A program made the translations under genes and the position numbers. From assembly GCA_001687465.1 (NCBI GenBank), contig LVLI01000366.1, positions 1 to 61,530 on the forward strand: a stretch of DNA of 61,530 nucleotides. Direction: 5' to 3'. Under the pieces are notes generated by a model. That model was not told where the DNA came from. It did no database searches and saw nothing but the letters and a program-made list of their open reading frames with translations. This document shows, piece after piece, positions 48,986-60,038 of the stretch (positions are counted from its first letter, which is position 1; every line of letters starts with the position of its first letter). Source of the stretch: Halocafeteria seosinensis (taxonomy: Eukaryota).

Positions 48986-51137
48986 CGCATCAAATCCTTC
49001 AAGCCTAGCCTTTTTGAGTCACAAGTTTTTGACCGTCTTGGGCCAACCTTATCTGCAGAGAGCAAGGTAGTGTAGGCAATGGGCGGCGGCTATCATTTGT
49101 CGGGCCTTCTCCACTCGCATCAGTACAGGCACTACCGTTGGGGGTTGTGCTGTCCCGTACCTCCGGAAACGTGGCCCGGTTCCACAGGCGACGTTCCCCA
49201 TGTAAGACATGTTAACAATCCATTCTGAATCCCCGACAGGGATCGGAAGGGGTCGGCTGTGTTAGTTCGGCTCCGTTACCGCGGGCGGGAGGAGATGTTG
49301 GAGAGCAGAATGTCCTCCATCAAAGAATTAAAAAATTAGCACTTCATAATATTAGCCATGCCATGCCTTCCTGAATCGATAGTATAAAAGAAGAGCCAAT
49401 GATAGTCTAAGGGCAAGTATCATGGAGGACTAAGTACGTTGACCACGTCGTGAAGGTCTGAGCTGTAATGTTTATTCTAGAAAGGAACAGAATCGATAGG
49501 AAGGGGTGACATATCCTGCGGTACTCTACCAGTGAGTGAAGGGACCTGTAGCTATCGAATATTTATATTTTCAATTCGGCGTATCTTACCGGAAGACGGC
49601 AGGGTGCAAACATTTGCCTGGAACGTAAAGTAGTTCGGTTGTAGTTCAGAAAGGATACGAGCACACTCGAGATGGATAGCATGAGTAAGCGGGTCAGATG
49701 TTTTAAGAACGTCACTTAACCTAGCACCTGTAGCCTCGCGGGCCCCAGATTGTGGATACATGTAATCTCCACCGCCCCACGGATGCCTCTTGTCCTGGAC
49801 GAAGCCCTAGCCTGGCTAGGGCCAGGCTGAGCAGGCTCCTTGAAGAGCGCGATGTGCTACCTGTAGACCTGTAGGGGTAGGGCGAGGCACAAATTGTACT
49901 TTGTGTGGGGTTATTAAAAAATTTGGAAGTACAATCGGATTTAGTGAGGGGTCAACATCGAAAAATGCGAGGAATTCACTAATTCTTCAGAAGATTGTGG
50001 CTGAGACAAGAAAATACCTGTAATGCATTGCATTCAGACTCTTTGGCCGGTAGATATACCGACAATGCGCCTATTTATGGAGACATGTATTTCGCGATAA
50101 AATGTCGAAAGAGAGTGCGAATCTGGGGCGGGAGTCCCGTTGTTTCCTCGTGATGACAGATATCGTAAAGCACGTTTTACAAAACCTGATGACAACAGAA
50201 TAAGCGAACCGTGGAAGTATCTGGTCAACAGCCAGCAGATACTCGCCGAGACTCTGTAGTTGTGTTCTAATTACTCCTGCTACTCGCGTAAAGGCCAGTT
50301 AGTGCGCACTTGGCGACCTGATCAATCCTCTGTTCATATCTTCCTCGACGCTATATGTTATCCCGGCAGGCCACACACTGCACACGACATGGCTCTCATG
50401 ATGTACTTTGTTGTGCACTATCCATTAAAAGCGCCCCGTAAGCGTCTGCATATCATGGAATTCATGGTTGCACCCCGGATGCTTCCGATGTCGCCTGGGG
50501 GATCGGAAGGATTCGTCGGTTAGGCCTGCATCAACATCACTCTGAATAATGACACAAGTTTCATACACATCATACATTAGGACAATACCAATATGGTGGT
50601 GTATTCAGAATTTGCCTTACTTTTTGACCTGCGGTGGTGACCTTCACATCTCGAAGCTGCCGTAGGTCCGTTTTCCCGCACCCCCAGTGGGGACGGGTTA
50701 GGGGGTAACTTAGGGCTGCCCGTAATAGCTTACCACTTCTTAGTGGCTGCCAGAGTCCCACGGTGACGTCGCTAGAAAAAATAAAAATAAGTGAAGCTAG
50801 CAGTTTGGCGTGGGCGTGCTCAGCTGATGACGGTGCAATGGTGATTATTGTTCTCGTTGGCGCGATTTCCTTTGAGCCTGACCTATGATGATATCCGTAG
50901 GGACCATATGTGGATATAGGCATAGTTGTACAAATTTCCATGATTATCGCTTTGTTGATGTATCTTTCAGAGTCGCCGAACCTCTCATTACGATACATGC
51001 ATTAGCGCGGAATGGTCGTACTGTCAAACAATGGGTGTATCATCATGCCATGGCACTCAAGATGCACCTGTAAGCTGAGACAAAAGGTTTGTCCAGGCAA
51101 TGCCAGCAGCTGAAGCAACAGACTACTGTACTGGTGG

Positions 51138-52009
51138 ATGTATTTCGGAGTGATGACGCTGATGTTCACTGTCCTTAATATCAGAGGGAACACCTCAGAA
51201 TTCAGGCGTTTCATGAAGTCTCCAAGTGCGACATACGAGAACAAAACGAAAACCAAGAGTAACCACTTGGTCATGTCAACTGTAGTCAACTACGATTTCA
51301 GCCGCTATTTGTCTTTAATTACAACTCTTCGACGCCATTGTGATGTGATCCGATTTACGAGGGAAAATGATACGCTTGTGGAACAGTTCGTCAGGAGGTG
51401 CTACGGGGATTTGATCAGACTTGTTCGACTGGAGAGGGTAATCACATCCGGTGCACAGATAGATATATTGCTTGTAAGTACAGTAAATACTGTCAAGGAT
51501 ACCTGTTGTGCTTTGCTGCTGATTTTCGTGATGTATTCTTCCAGGACGACCCATTCAAACTGGTTCCCAAGACCTACGATCTCGTGATGGAGGAAGAGAA
51601 TACCCCGATTGCGCAAACGAAGAGCAACCCACAATGGCTAACATCTTGTTGGGGTCAAGAATCGTGGCTAAAGTTTCCAATATGCCTCCAGTCTGTTCCG
51701 GTACCATATATGGAACTCCGTATGGATTCAAAGTCTGGAAAGCCAATGATTTCAGAAATGGAAAACTCGGCTAAAAAGAAGTGTATTGCGCGTGACCAGG
51801 GACATCTGATCTATCTCTTGCACACAAATGCTTTTCCGTTCCCAGTATTTAAGAAAACGAGAGGATATGGGTCAGTCAATACTCGGTACTGGAATGGGAA
51901 GGTGGCCAATGTGGATACCCCATCATCAGTACTTCATATGTATGATCGCTCTAGATGGATTCAAACTCTGGGAGATAGGCTTTCTCTCCCCGAGATACAG
52001 GTGGAATAA
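51138..52009 (+). pseudogene. Frameshifted glycosyltransferase-like gene (D.RDV.FQ.DPF family)
   Basis: LVMSTVVNY, ADFRDVFFQDDPF, WLTSCWG, VCSGTIYGT, RDQGH, LHMYDR spread over different frames; no introns evident. Confidence 0.6.
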
Positions 52010-52592
52010 AGTGCTCGATAGATTATAGACGGTTTTATCTGGACCTGTACACATGTGGAGGGATTTGTTAGCTATTCTGATGCGGCGCGAAAGGGAAATA
52101 TGGAACTGGTCGCGCATCACATCCACTAAATCTAGTGCAGTGCCGCCGGTGCGCCGGTCATCAGAATTCTTACCGCAGCTTCCCGTGTGGGTGTACTAAT
52201 GGTGAATGCCTTCAGTAATGCTGTCTTCTTCCCCGGAGGTCGTTCGTGAGGCCTTGATCGGCTTTCCAAGTATCCCGACGCGAGAACGCAGTGTAAACTT
52301 GGTTGGGGAAGCTGTCAAATGGTTACTGATCGTATAGCTAGGGAGACGACACCGAACAAAAACACTGCGATGCACTAAGTGAAAATACTATAGTTGGCAA
52401 CAAAGCAAAGCTGCTGACACCTAGCCAAAAGCACTAAGAGCAAACCGTGGCGCAAATTCATGGTTACGAACACGGCTTCGTATGACCCCTTCTTCAAACA
52501 GATCCTTGCCGCATAATTTCTGTACACCTCGTAACCGAACTTCCGCGTCTATGGTGATGCCACCATTGGAAACCTAAAATTTCTTAGAAAGA

Positions 52593-54575
52593 TCATCTTT
52601 TGTGAATTATGTAAACGTTTTTTGCCTTGCGTTCGAACTTCTTGTACCTACTGTGAAGCGGGTATCCAGTTACTAAGCGTGTAGAAAAGTTGCCGTACGC
52701 CACGTAGTTCACCACAGGCATGTTGCAATTCTCTTTCGGGTTGAACTTTGGAAAATGCGCGATCGCGTAAAGCAAGAATTCCCTGAACGTGTTCCAACTG
52801 CCGCCGATTATACCCGCATTCAATAATACTCTGCCTTTAGGATGTATCACTGCATTTCTTTGGCTTTTGCTGAAACGACACCGACGAAAACGCTGCCTCA
52901 TCCAAGTGCTTTTCGCTACTCGTCTATTCTCACTTCCAATCAACAGCTTTGAATGATCTTGCTGCTCAAGAAATATGAACGGATCTCGGGGGAACATCAC
53001 ATCAAAGAGGTCACATGCAAGGACGTAGCTAGGATGACTAACCCATTCAAGTTCAACGCGCTTCATGAAGCGTTGATAGTAGAAAAATCGTCTATCGTTG
53101 TTAGAGGTGTACAATGCGACATCGTCATCTATGCCGCCTAGTTCACTAACATGAATGAATATGAAACGCGATGTCTCGTACTTGTTTCGGAAAGTAGAGC
53201 TGAGGCCGTCGTGGAAGATGTAGGCTTGAATGTCAAGGCGATGGATGCTGTTGTAGAACTTCGCTATATTCTTGAAGCTGCCGTTGACCGAATATTTCTT
53301 GCGTCGCCGCTGCGGGTCCTTCAGCAACACAAGATATGTCGAGAAAACTACTCCCGAGGGGGAATGGAAGTCCTCGAACCACTGAATGAATGTCTTACAA
53401 TCCTCGGGAAAGTTACTTGACACGTCAAGTGACGTGCTACTCCTCTTAGAGGTATTTTGAACAATAACATCCTCCGGATGTATCCGCGGCTTACGAAGAA
53501 ACTTCGCCAGAATTTCTATAACCCTCTCTTTTTGAACAATGTGTCCGCTACCAACATCAACAGCCGAAGTGTACCGAAAGTGGTCATGATTAGGCTCACC
53601 AACAAATTGGCTCACCGTATTAGCAAAGTCGTCAGCATGTACGAAATCAGCAGTTAGAAAATGCACTTTCCCAGTAACTTCAAAGCCGGAAATAAGCTTA
53701 CTCAGTTTATACATAGGCGACAGTGGAGAGCAGAAGCTACCAAAAAATATTAAACGTTCTCACTGCCACAGAGATGACGCCATATTGCCTAAAAAACACC
53801 GTCGCCAAAGCTTCTTTCTTCTGAAAGTGGGTTAGAAATTGATTCTCTGTATAGCTCGGAGTTACTGCACCACTTAGCATTGACGTTGACAAATACAACA
53901 AAGGTATAACATTATTGCTTCTTCCTTGAGCAAGAGCGGTAGCGTTTAGCATACGCTGATGGCACTGACCGTTTCGCTCCAAATACGAGTTAAGCTCGGC
54001 AACTTCTTGTGACGGGACGTCTACAGCATCAGTAAGGTCAAGGACATAAGCCGTGTCGTCCGTAACGAGTTTCCTTGTAACAGTTGGATCGCAGACGTCG
54101 ATTTCGCGAACGGAGATGGAATTGTTGTGAAACAATACCCGCGCACGATATCTCTTCAACGCAACAGTATCCTCCATCGATTCTTTGAAGTCGTCAACCG
54201 CTATGATGTGAGCATGCTCCCGCCTCTGCAGTATCCTAGTGATATGAAACCCACTGAACGTTGCAGCTCCTACGACCAGAATCGAGCTATTGGGAGGTAG
54301 CTTTGTTATTCTGCCGCTGCTGTTTCCAACTACGGCTCTCATCCCTGTACCTCTGCGTTCTCTACTCCCTGAACCAGCACTTGCAGGCTTATGCTGCCTT
54401 TCCAGGGATTGTACGCCGTTTACATCGTTGACCCACAACTTTCTGGAAAACGCATAGCGGGATGCACGTATAGCCGACATGACTGAACTGACTCGTGCAA
54501 CTTACGCCAAAGCGGCAGTCGTTAGCAGCAGCAGCAGCCCGGACAGTCCTAGTGAGTGACAACTGCACCTCATGC
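52593..54575 (-). pseudogene. Type II membrane fusion: UDP-glucuronate 4-epimerase-like SDR domain + GT-like domain, with one in-frame stop and one frameshift
   Basis: TM LLLLLTTAALA then TAA (54502-54504); ILVVGAATFSGFH, AVDDF, ALKRYRA; removing one base from the A6 run at 53742-53747 gives RTFNIFGS..PMYKL and joins the 373-aa ORF (DPQR, FHDGLS, DLFDVMFPRDPF, LLNAGIIGG). Confidence 0.65.
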
Positions 54576-55846
54576 CATAAGTACACACAAGCCTGGGTCC
54601 CCAGATTCTCTTAGTAGGCGAGACTTTTGAAACAGTTGTGCAATTGAATAAATTACGTTCTGTACCTTTGAAGCAATAAGTGTTACAGTTGGAGAGATTT
54701 TCCAGCAAGAGCGAGGTAGCGGCCAGAATGCCCAGTGCCACTCCCGGGCCGAGGTACTACCGTTGGGAATGTGGTCGACGACTACCACTGGTCGTTCGAC
54801 GATGGTGACGGTCAGGTGACCCGATGCCCGAAAGTGCCCGTCGAGACGGGACGCACTGCCACCTGTAGGCCAGGGTGTCAATCTGCATTGCAAGCTTCGG
54901 TCTGTAGTAGCCGTCTCAGACCGTCTGATGGATTCCGGTTTGAGTTTCCACTCTCCTTAGGGGAGGAGTCCTCCTGGGGAGTGGAAGACGAATGATCACA
55001 TCGCCCTGAATATTGGTCATAGAAGTCCTATCCGTCCATTACAGGAAATCAGCTTCATTTATTTTCAAAAGGATGATTGCACACACACACATTTTACAGT
55101 CCAAGAAGCTGTCATGGGTAGAGTAGGCTACCAGCTACCAGGTCACCAGGTCCTGTGTTGCAGCATCGGGACGGGTTGCCTCTTCCTGAGAGGTAGCATG
55201 CAGCAGAACATGAATACACGGAGATCACATAAGGAAGAACAAGAATCAAAGAGTATGTCAGGCGCCGAAAGCTACAATGTATGTAGTGAGTGATGAAAAA
55301 CCATATTGAATCAATGTTGAATTTATACCGATTCTGCTCAAAGTTCGTAGCGCAGAGCAGTTAAGAAAATCACTACACGTGTACTCGTCCCCACTTATAA
55401 GCGAATCGGTGTTGACACACTTGCCATACGATGATTCCACCCAACATCCCGCGTGACCCCACGTTGTGGCACATCCTGCGTCCGTGCATTGTATTTATCC
55501 TACAATATATTGTGCCAGGCATATATTGCGGAGCCAGGCGGACCCATACTTCCTGGTCCGGCATACAAGTGGATATCCATAACCACGTTGTTCACTTCCT
55601 CTTCCGGTCCTCTCCTTCCAGGTGCTTGCAGTCCGTCCAGTCGTAGCGTTGGCCTCCGTCCAATGACGATCTGACTGGGTTCTTTTGAAGTAATCTGACT
55701 TCCCAAGCTTTGACGGTGGTTTGCAAAATGATTGAATCGTATACACCTACACGAGTTTATGTAGGACCATCCTGCTGTTGTAAACTAGGATTCCTTCGGT
55801 AGCAGTGATACCAACACGTACGTTTGACTCTCCCGTACAATTCTGA

Positions 55847-57715
55847 TTAATGTTCTGATAGCGCCTTGCTCACCATTGCTGCTCTAACAGATAACAGCTT
55901 TTGAGAGAACTCGTACAAATTTTGGTCCAGCAAGTTCAATGCAATCGCTTCTGACTTCGTGGCGGCGCTTGCGTACCATTTGATTTTGTCAGCACCGTGC
56001 CGTTGGGTGTGTTTGGAGACTAAGTCGGTTGCCACCCGAACCAAACGACACCACCCAAGAGATATCCCTGCGGCTCCAATGTAGCCGCATTCTTTGGGAG
56101 TGTTATACTGACAGCTTATAGAGAGCTTCTTGCACCTCGAGTCGTCAGAAAAAGTTCCATTTCGTTTATAGAGAAATGAATCTTGAGTAATCCTTGTACC
56201 GGGGAAATGTTGCCCGTCCCAGGTTACCGCCGGGCGCCAATCAATGGAATACAAGAACACGGCGACACTTTCTCCTAGGCGCTCCGACAAAATAAATGCA
56301 GGATTGCGAAGAAGCTGGTATTTTGCTTCCTTTAAGGCAGCCGCCGCCCAAGAAGTGTAAACATTACTTACTCTGTCTGTTCTTGACCACTCGGAGCACT
56401 CCTCTCCCTTCACACAAAAGACGTTTGGCAAGTCCCCAGAGTGCAAGCCTTCACTCGTTGTATTGGCTGATTCTAATTTTGGTTCCGCCACAAGACCGCT
56501 TAGCATCTTTACTTGTCGGTTTCGCATGCCATAAGCATGACTAGGTTCACGCATGAAGTCTCGAAATATCTCGTTCCTCTTGGAAGAACGCATTGAGAAA
56601 ACACCTCGAAACAATTTCTTGAACCTTTTCTCCAATTTGTAATCCCACGCTTTCTTCAATTTTGCAACGTATTTAAACTCGCTCTGAGCTCGTGGGACTG
56701 GATGCCTCAACAGAGGAAGTAAGCGAACCTGTTCGGGACTACGTTTCTCCATCTCTACCAGAATACCGTATACGTCACGGATATGCATATGACACCGGCG
56801 CCAGTACTTACATGACTCACATCCGGTAATAGAGAGGTAACCTGATCCCAGCTTTCCTTCGCCCTCGGCCGAAGGCCTTTCAAATGAGAACTGGGGATGG
56901 AGCGATCCTTTGTACCAAGGCGCTACAGCAGTGTGATTATAGGAAGGAAACCTGTACTGGTGATAAAACAATGAAACTTTCGGTAGCTTTTTCCTCAAGG
57001 ATGAAGGAGTTTTCGTGACGACAGTGCGGAATGATGGGTCAGAAACTATCTCCACCTCGCTCCAATTTGGTGGCCGTATTTCGCGAGGATCTCTCATGAA
57101 TATCTCCTTCTTCCGACTTGGCATACTATTGACTACTCTTTGTATCTCCGCGGGCTGTGGGACAAACGAAGCACCTAGAGCCGTTTTCTTTTTACACTTC
57201 TTTCGTCCCCAACTGCTTAAGAGCGACGACAGCAACGTCGTCACGGTTTTACTGGCTGATTTCTGCACTCGGACCAGTGCAACCCATTCGTGTGGTTGAA
57301 TAACTCGCGGCCAATTTGCGATAAACTGCCCATCAATGGTGTCGGTCAGGCTACACTGATGAGTATCTGGACAACTCTCTAGAAATTCCACAGCAGGGTT
57401 TACGGCGGTTTCCGAGCTAGGTAGCCCTGTGATGGGACTCTCGGGTACAGTTGGTGCGCCAAATACAGAAGCACTACATTGCCCCTTGCAAGTTTCAGTC
57501 TCTGGCACTCTCACCTTACGCTGGTCCATACTGTGCGATGTCACATTTGTACCGCCTTGGTCCTTGTTCATATGTTTGGATGCTCTTCTCCATGCCCATG
57601 GTATTGACGGAGTAGAGTCCCGATACCGGATTCTATATGCTATCACACAGACGATAGTTGAGAGCAACATACAAAGCAATAAAGTTCGATGTCTTCGACT
57701 CATCTGCACCGGCAT
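55847..57715 (-). CDS. Type II Golgi sulfotransferase, heparan sulfate 6-O-sulfotransferase-like; intronless
   Basis: N-terminal TM; 5'-PSB-like VRVQKSASKT, 3'-PB LLRHPVPRAQSEFKY, RNRQVKMLSG, IALNLLDQNLYEF. Confidence 0.75.
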   Translation of the reverse strand: MPVQMSRRHRTLLLCMLLSTIVCVIAYRIRYRDSTPSIPWAWRRASKHMNKDQGGTNVTSHSMDQRKVRVPETETCKGQCSASVFGAPTVPESPITGLPSSETAVNPAVEFLESCPDTHQCSLTDTIDGQFIANWPRVIQPHEWVALVRVQKSASKTVTTLLSSLLSSWGRKKCKKKTALGASFVPQPAEIQRVVNSMPSRKKEIFMRDPREIRPPNWSEVEIVSDPSFRTVVTKTPSSLRKKLPKVSLFYHQYRFPSYNHTAVAPWYKGSLHPQFSFERPSAEGEGKLGSGYLSITGCESCKYWRRCHMHIRDVYGILVEMEKRSPEQVRLLPLLRHPVPRAQSEFKYVAKLKKAWDYKLEKRFKKLFRGVFSMRSSKRNEIFRDFMREPSHAYGMRNRQVKMLSGLVAEPKLESANTTSEGLHSGDLPNVFCVKGEECSEWSRTDRVSNVYTSWAAAALKEAKYQLLRNPAFILSERLGESVAVFLYSIDWRPAVTWDGQHFPGTRITQDSFLYKRNGTFSDDSRCKKLSISCQYNTPKECGYIGAAGISLGWCRLVRVATDLVSKHTQRHGADKIKWYASAATKSEAIALNLLDQNLYEFSQKLLSVRAAMVSKALSEH

Positions 57716-58287
57716 GCCAGTCCATCGACATCCAAAGGATGCGCTCTTCCCCCTTAAAACCACTGTTGACGATTAACAGTCACAGGGTGAACGGCGGACT
57801 GACTGAGTCGACTTCCCTGTCCAGGCTGTCCCACAGGCAAAATGCAGGCCAAACGGGGAGGGGAAGGGCGGGGGCGGGTTTGGAGAAACGTCTAAAACCA
57901 GCGGCAACAATGATACATCAAAACGATGAAATGCTCGGTAATTATTATTTGTGCGTGTGTCGACACCTTCTCGGACATTTATTTATTTATGTTGTAAATA
58001 AGACTCTCTTAAATCGTACACGGTCGTTTATTCATCCCGCCGGAAGACTTGTTGGCAGCGGACCACAATCACTCGCGAAAATTTGGACCACACTCCCTGG
58101 TTAGTCTGCGTTGCCGTTCCCGAGGCACACGCTGACGGCGTTCAGGACTGGCCCAGGGTGCAACATCTTCGCACAGCTCAACGGCATTGCTCGCAAATTC
58201 GATGAATTGTGCTATCGCATTATACTCGGGCCACACCTGCAGACCCGGTCGGTACGATATTTCATAAACGCGCCAGCATCAAAGAAG

Positions 58288-58753
58288 TTAATCGATTTCA
58301 CCGGCCTCACGGGACGAGACGCCTCTGAGGGATTCCCTGCTCGAGGATGACGTAGGCGAAAGTTTCGAGGCAGCTGCGCTTGTCTGCCCATTCTTCCTCG
58401 CTGATGGAACTTTTTGCTTCTGTTTCATTCGTCTATCTAGTTCCATCTCTGTATCCTGCTGAATCCCTTCGAACCACTGCAGCGTGAACAATGAATGAAA
58501 CAGGGTGCGTGAGAGAAGTCTTTTTCTGTCTCCATACCTTAAACGCAGCATCCCTATCTGTGTCATACACGTTTCGGTTCGTTATCTTCCACTGATCCGA
58601 CTTGAACGCGAATTCTGTCGTGTATATATGGAAGGCGCAGTAGAATCTGCTCCTGGAGGAGCCATATTTGGTCTCCTTGACGCGGATACACGCTTCTCGT
58701 TCACCACACACATGGCAATACAGGGGTTTCTTTGCACTGCTGGTACTGCTCAT
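58288..58753 (-). CDS. Hypothetical protein with N-terminal CxxC...CxxH putative zinc knuckle, 2 exons
   Basis: MSSTSSAKKPLYCHVCGE...FYCAFH; donor aag|gtatgg and acceptor ctgcag|tgg join two ORFs. Confidence 0.4.
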
Positions 58754-59699
58754 AGTAGGTACAAAATGTGCAATAAATGTGTTATCAGGGCACGAAATAG
58801 CGCTTATTTTACTGAACGCCCAGGACCCTCGAACTTCAATGTCTTTCCATCTCAAAATTCTCTACCACCGAGACTCAAATGACAAAATGAGAGCTGTCAA
58901 TGTGATCATTTGAACATTATGTCGTGGACAATACTGGCGCTAGTCTTTATTGTGCCGTAATTTAAGTTGGACGATACAATGGCAAGTTGGCCCAACTTCA
59001 ACTTATCGAGTGAGGCAGATTTCTCCCGCATATGCGAAGGACTCAACTCTCCCTGCGAAAACATTTCTTCATGTGATGATAAAGTTTCACGTACCCTCTT
59101 CTGACCGCGTGCATCGTATCGTAGAGTACCTAAGAGTTGATTTTCTTTTTGTGAAGTTGTCTTCACAAACTCGTATATCGATACTTGGAAAGCTGCCGAA
59201 GCAAAGCACCATGCGCCAGGAGCGAGGCGGATCGCCTGTTTAGACAAATGGGAGCAACACTCCATGATGCTAAAGACCGTTGAGTGTTGGATGTTATTCT
59301 TTATGGTCCGAAGATATGAGGACGTTACAACCCAGTGAGTCGTTGATCTTTCTGAGGAATCGCAATCCTGGAATCAGGACAAGGCAAGCCATTGAATTGA
59401 GAGTGTGTTTTACGCGGTACCCTGGATTCTTTTGCAGCAAACATGCGTACTTTACAGAGAAAGTCAATTGGAATTTGAAGACTGCACGCTACACTACTGT
59501 AGGCCCTTCACTAGTCGCCTCCACCACGTCGGAATAATTTCCGGGTCGCTTGACGCCTATTAACGTATAATAGGTACATGTGTATTCGTGTCTCCACCTC
59601 TTGGTGGGTAGTCTCCGTGAATGTAGCATGTATGCTTGTCTTGTTTCCTTAAGGCTTTAACGATCCAAAATACCGGCAGCTGGTAGGCCATGCGTAGTG

Positions 59700-59885
59700 C
59701 GAGGCCCAAGACCCTCTGAACGGATACGTGTGAAGAGCGCCATACTCACAAAGGGTCCGAGTGTTGGTGATAGCAAGGGTAGGTAATGCAGGAGGACCCT
59801 GGAGAGATCTTCGACGGCGTGAAGATCCCCCAACTACCTTCTCCATTTAGCCGATCGGCCATAAATAATACACACTACTACTATA
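59700..59885 (+). repeat. Repeat family B copy with ATAAATAATACACACTACTACTA tail
   Basis: Aligns with the reverse complement of 22264-22420. Confidence 0.8.
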
Positions 59886-60038
59886 CCGCATGTAGTAAAC
59901 TATATACGCGCAACTGAATTAGCTGGTACCAGGTTTGCGGATTGTGTAGTGCTACTGTGTTCACTGCATGTAAGTCTTGTGATACAACCTAGCACCTAAA
60001 TAAAAACACATACAGATTTCGTTTCGTTGTCTGGAGGG

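Noticed and set aside
49552..49761. Possible gypsy integrase zinc-binding fragment on the minus strand
   Set aside because: Similarity too weak; no HHCC pattern or catalytic core visible.
49804..49822. Palindrome GCCCTAGCC-T-GGCTAGGGC
   Set aside because: Single occurrence with no supporting context.
54502..54504. In-frame TAA suggesting stop-codon reassignment
   Set aside because: Conserved genes here end normally in TAA, TAG or TGA, and the 13-kb exon has no in-frame stops.
55258..55750. Short minus-strand ORFs between the glycan genes
   Set aside because: Possibly a gene relic, but no motif I can support.
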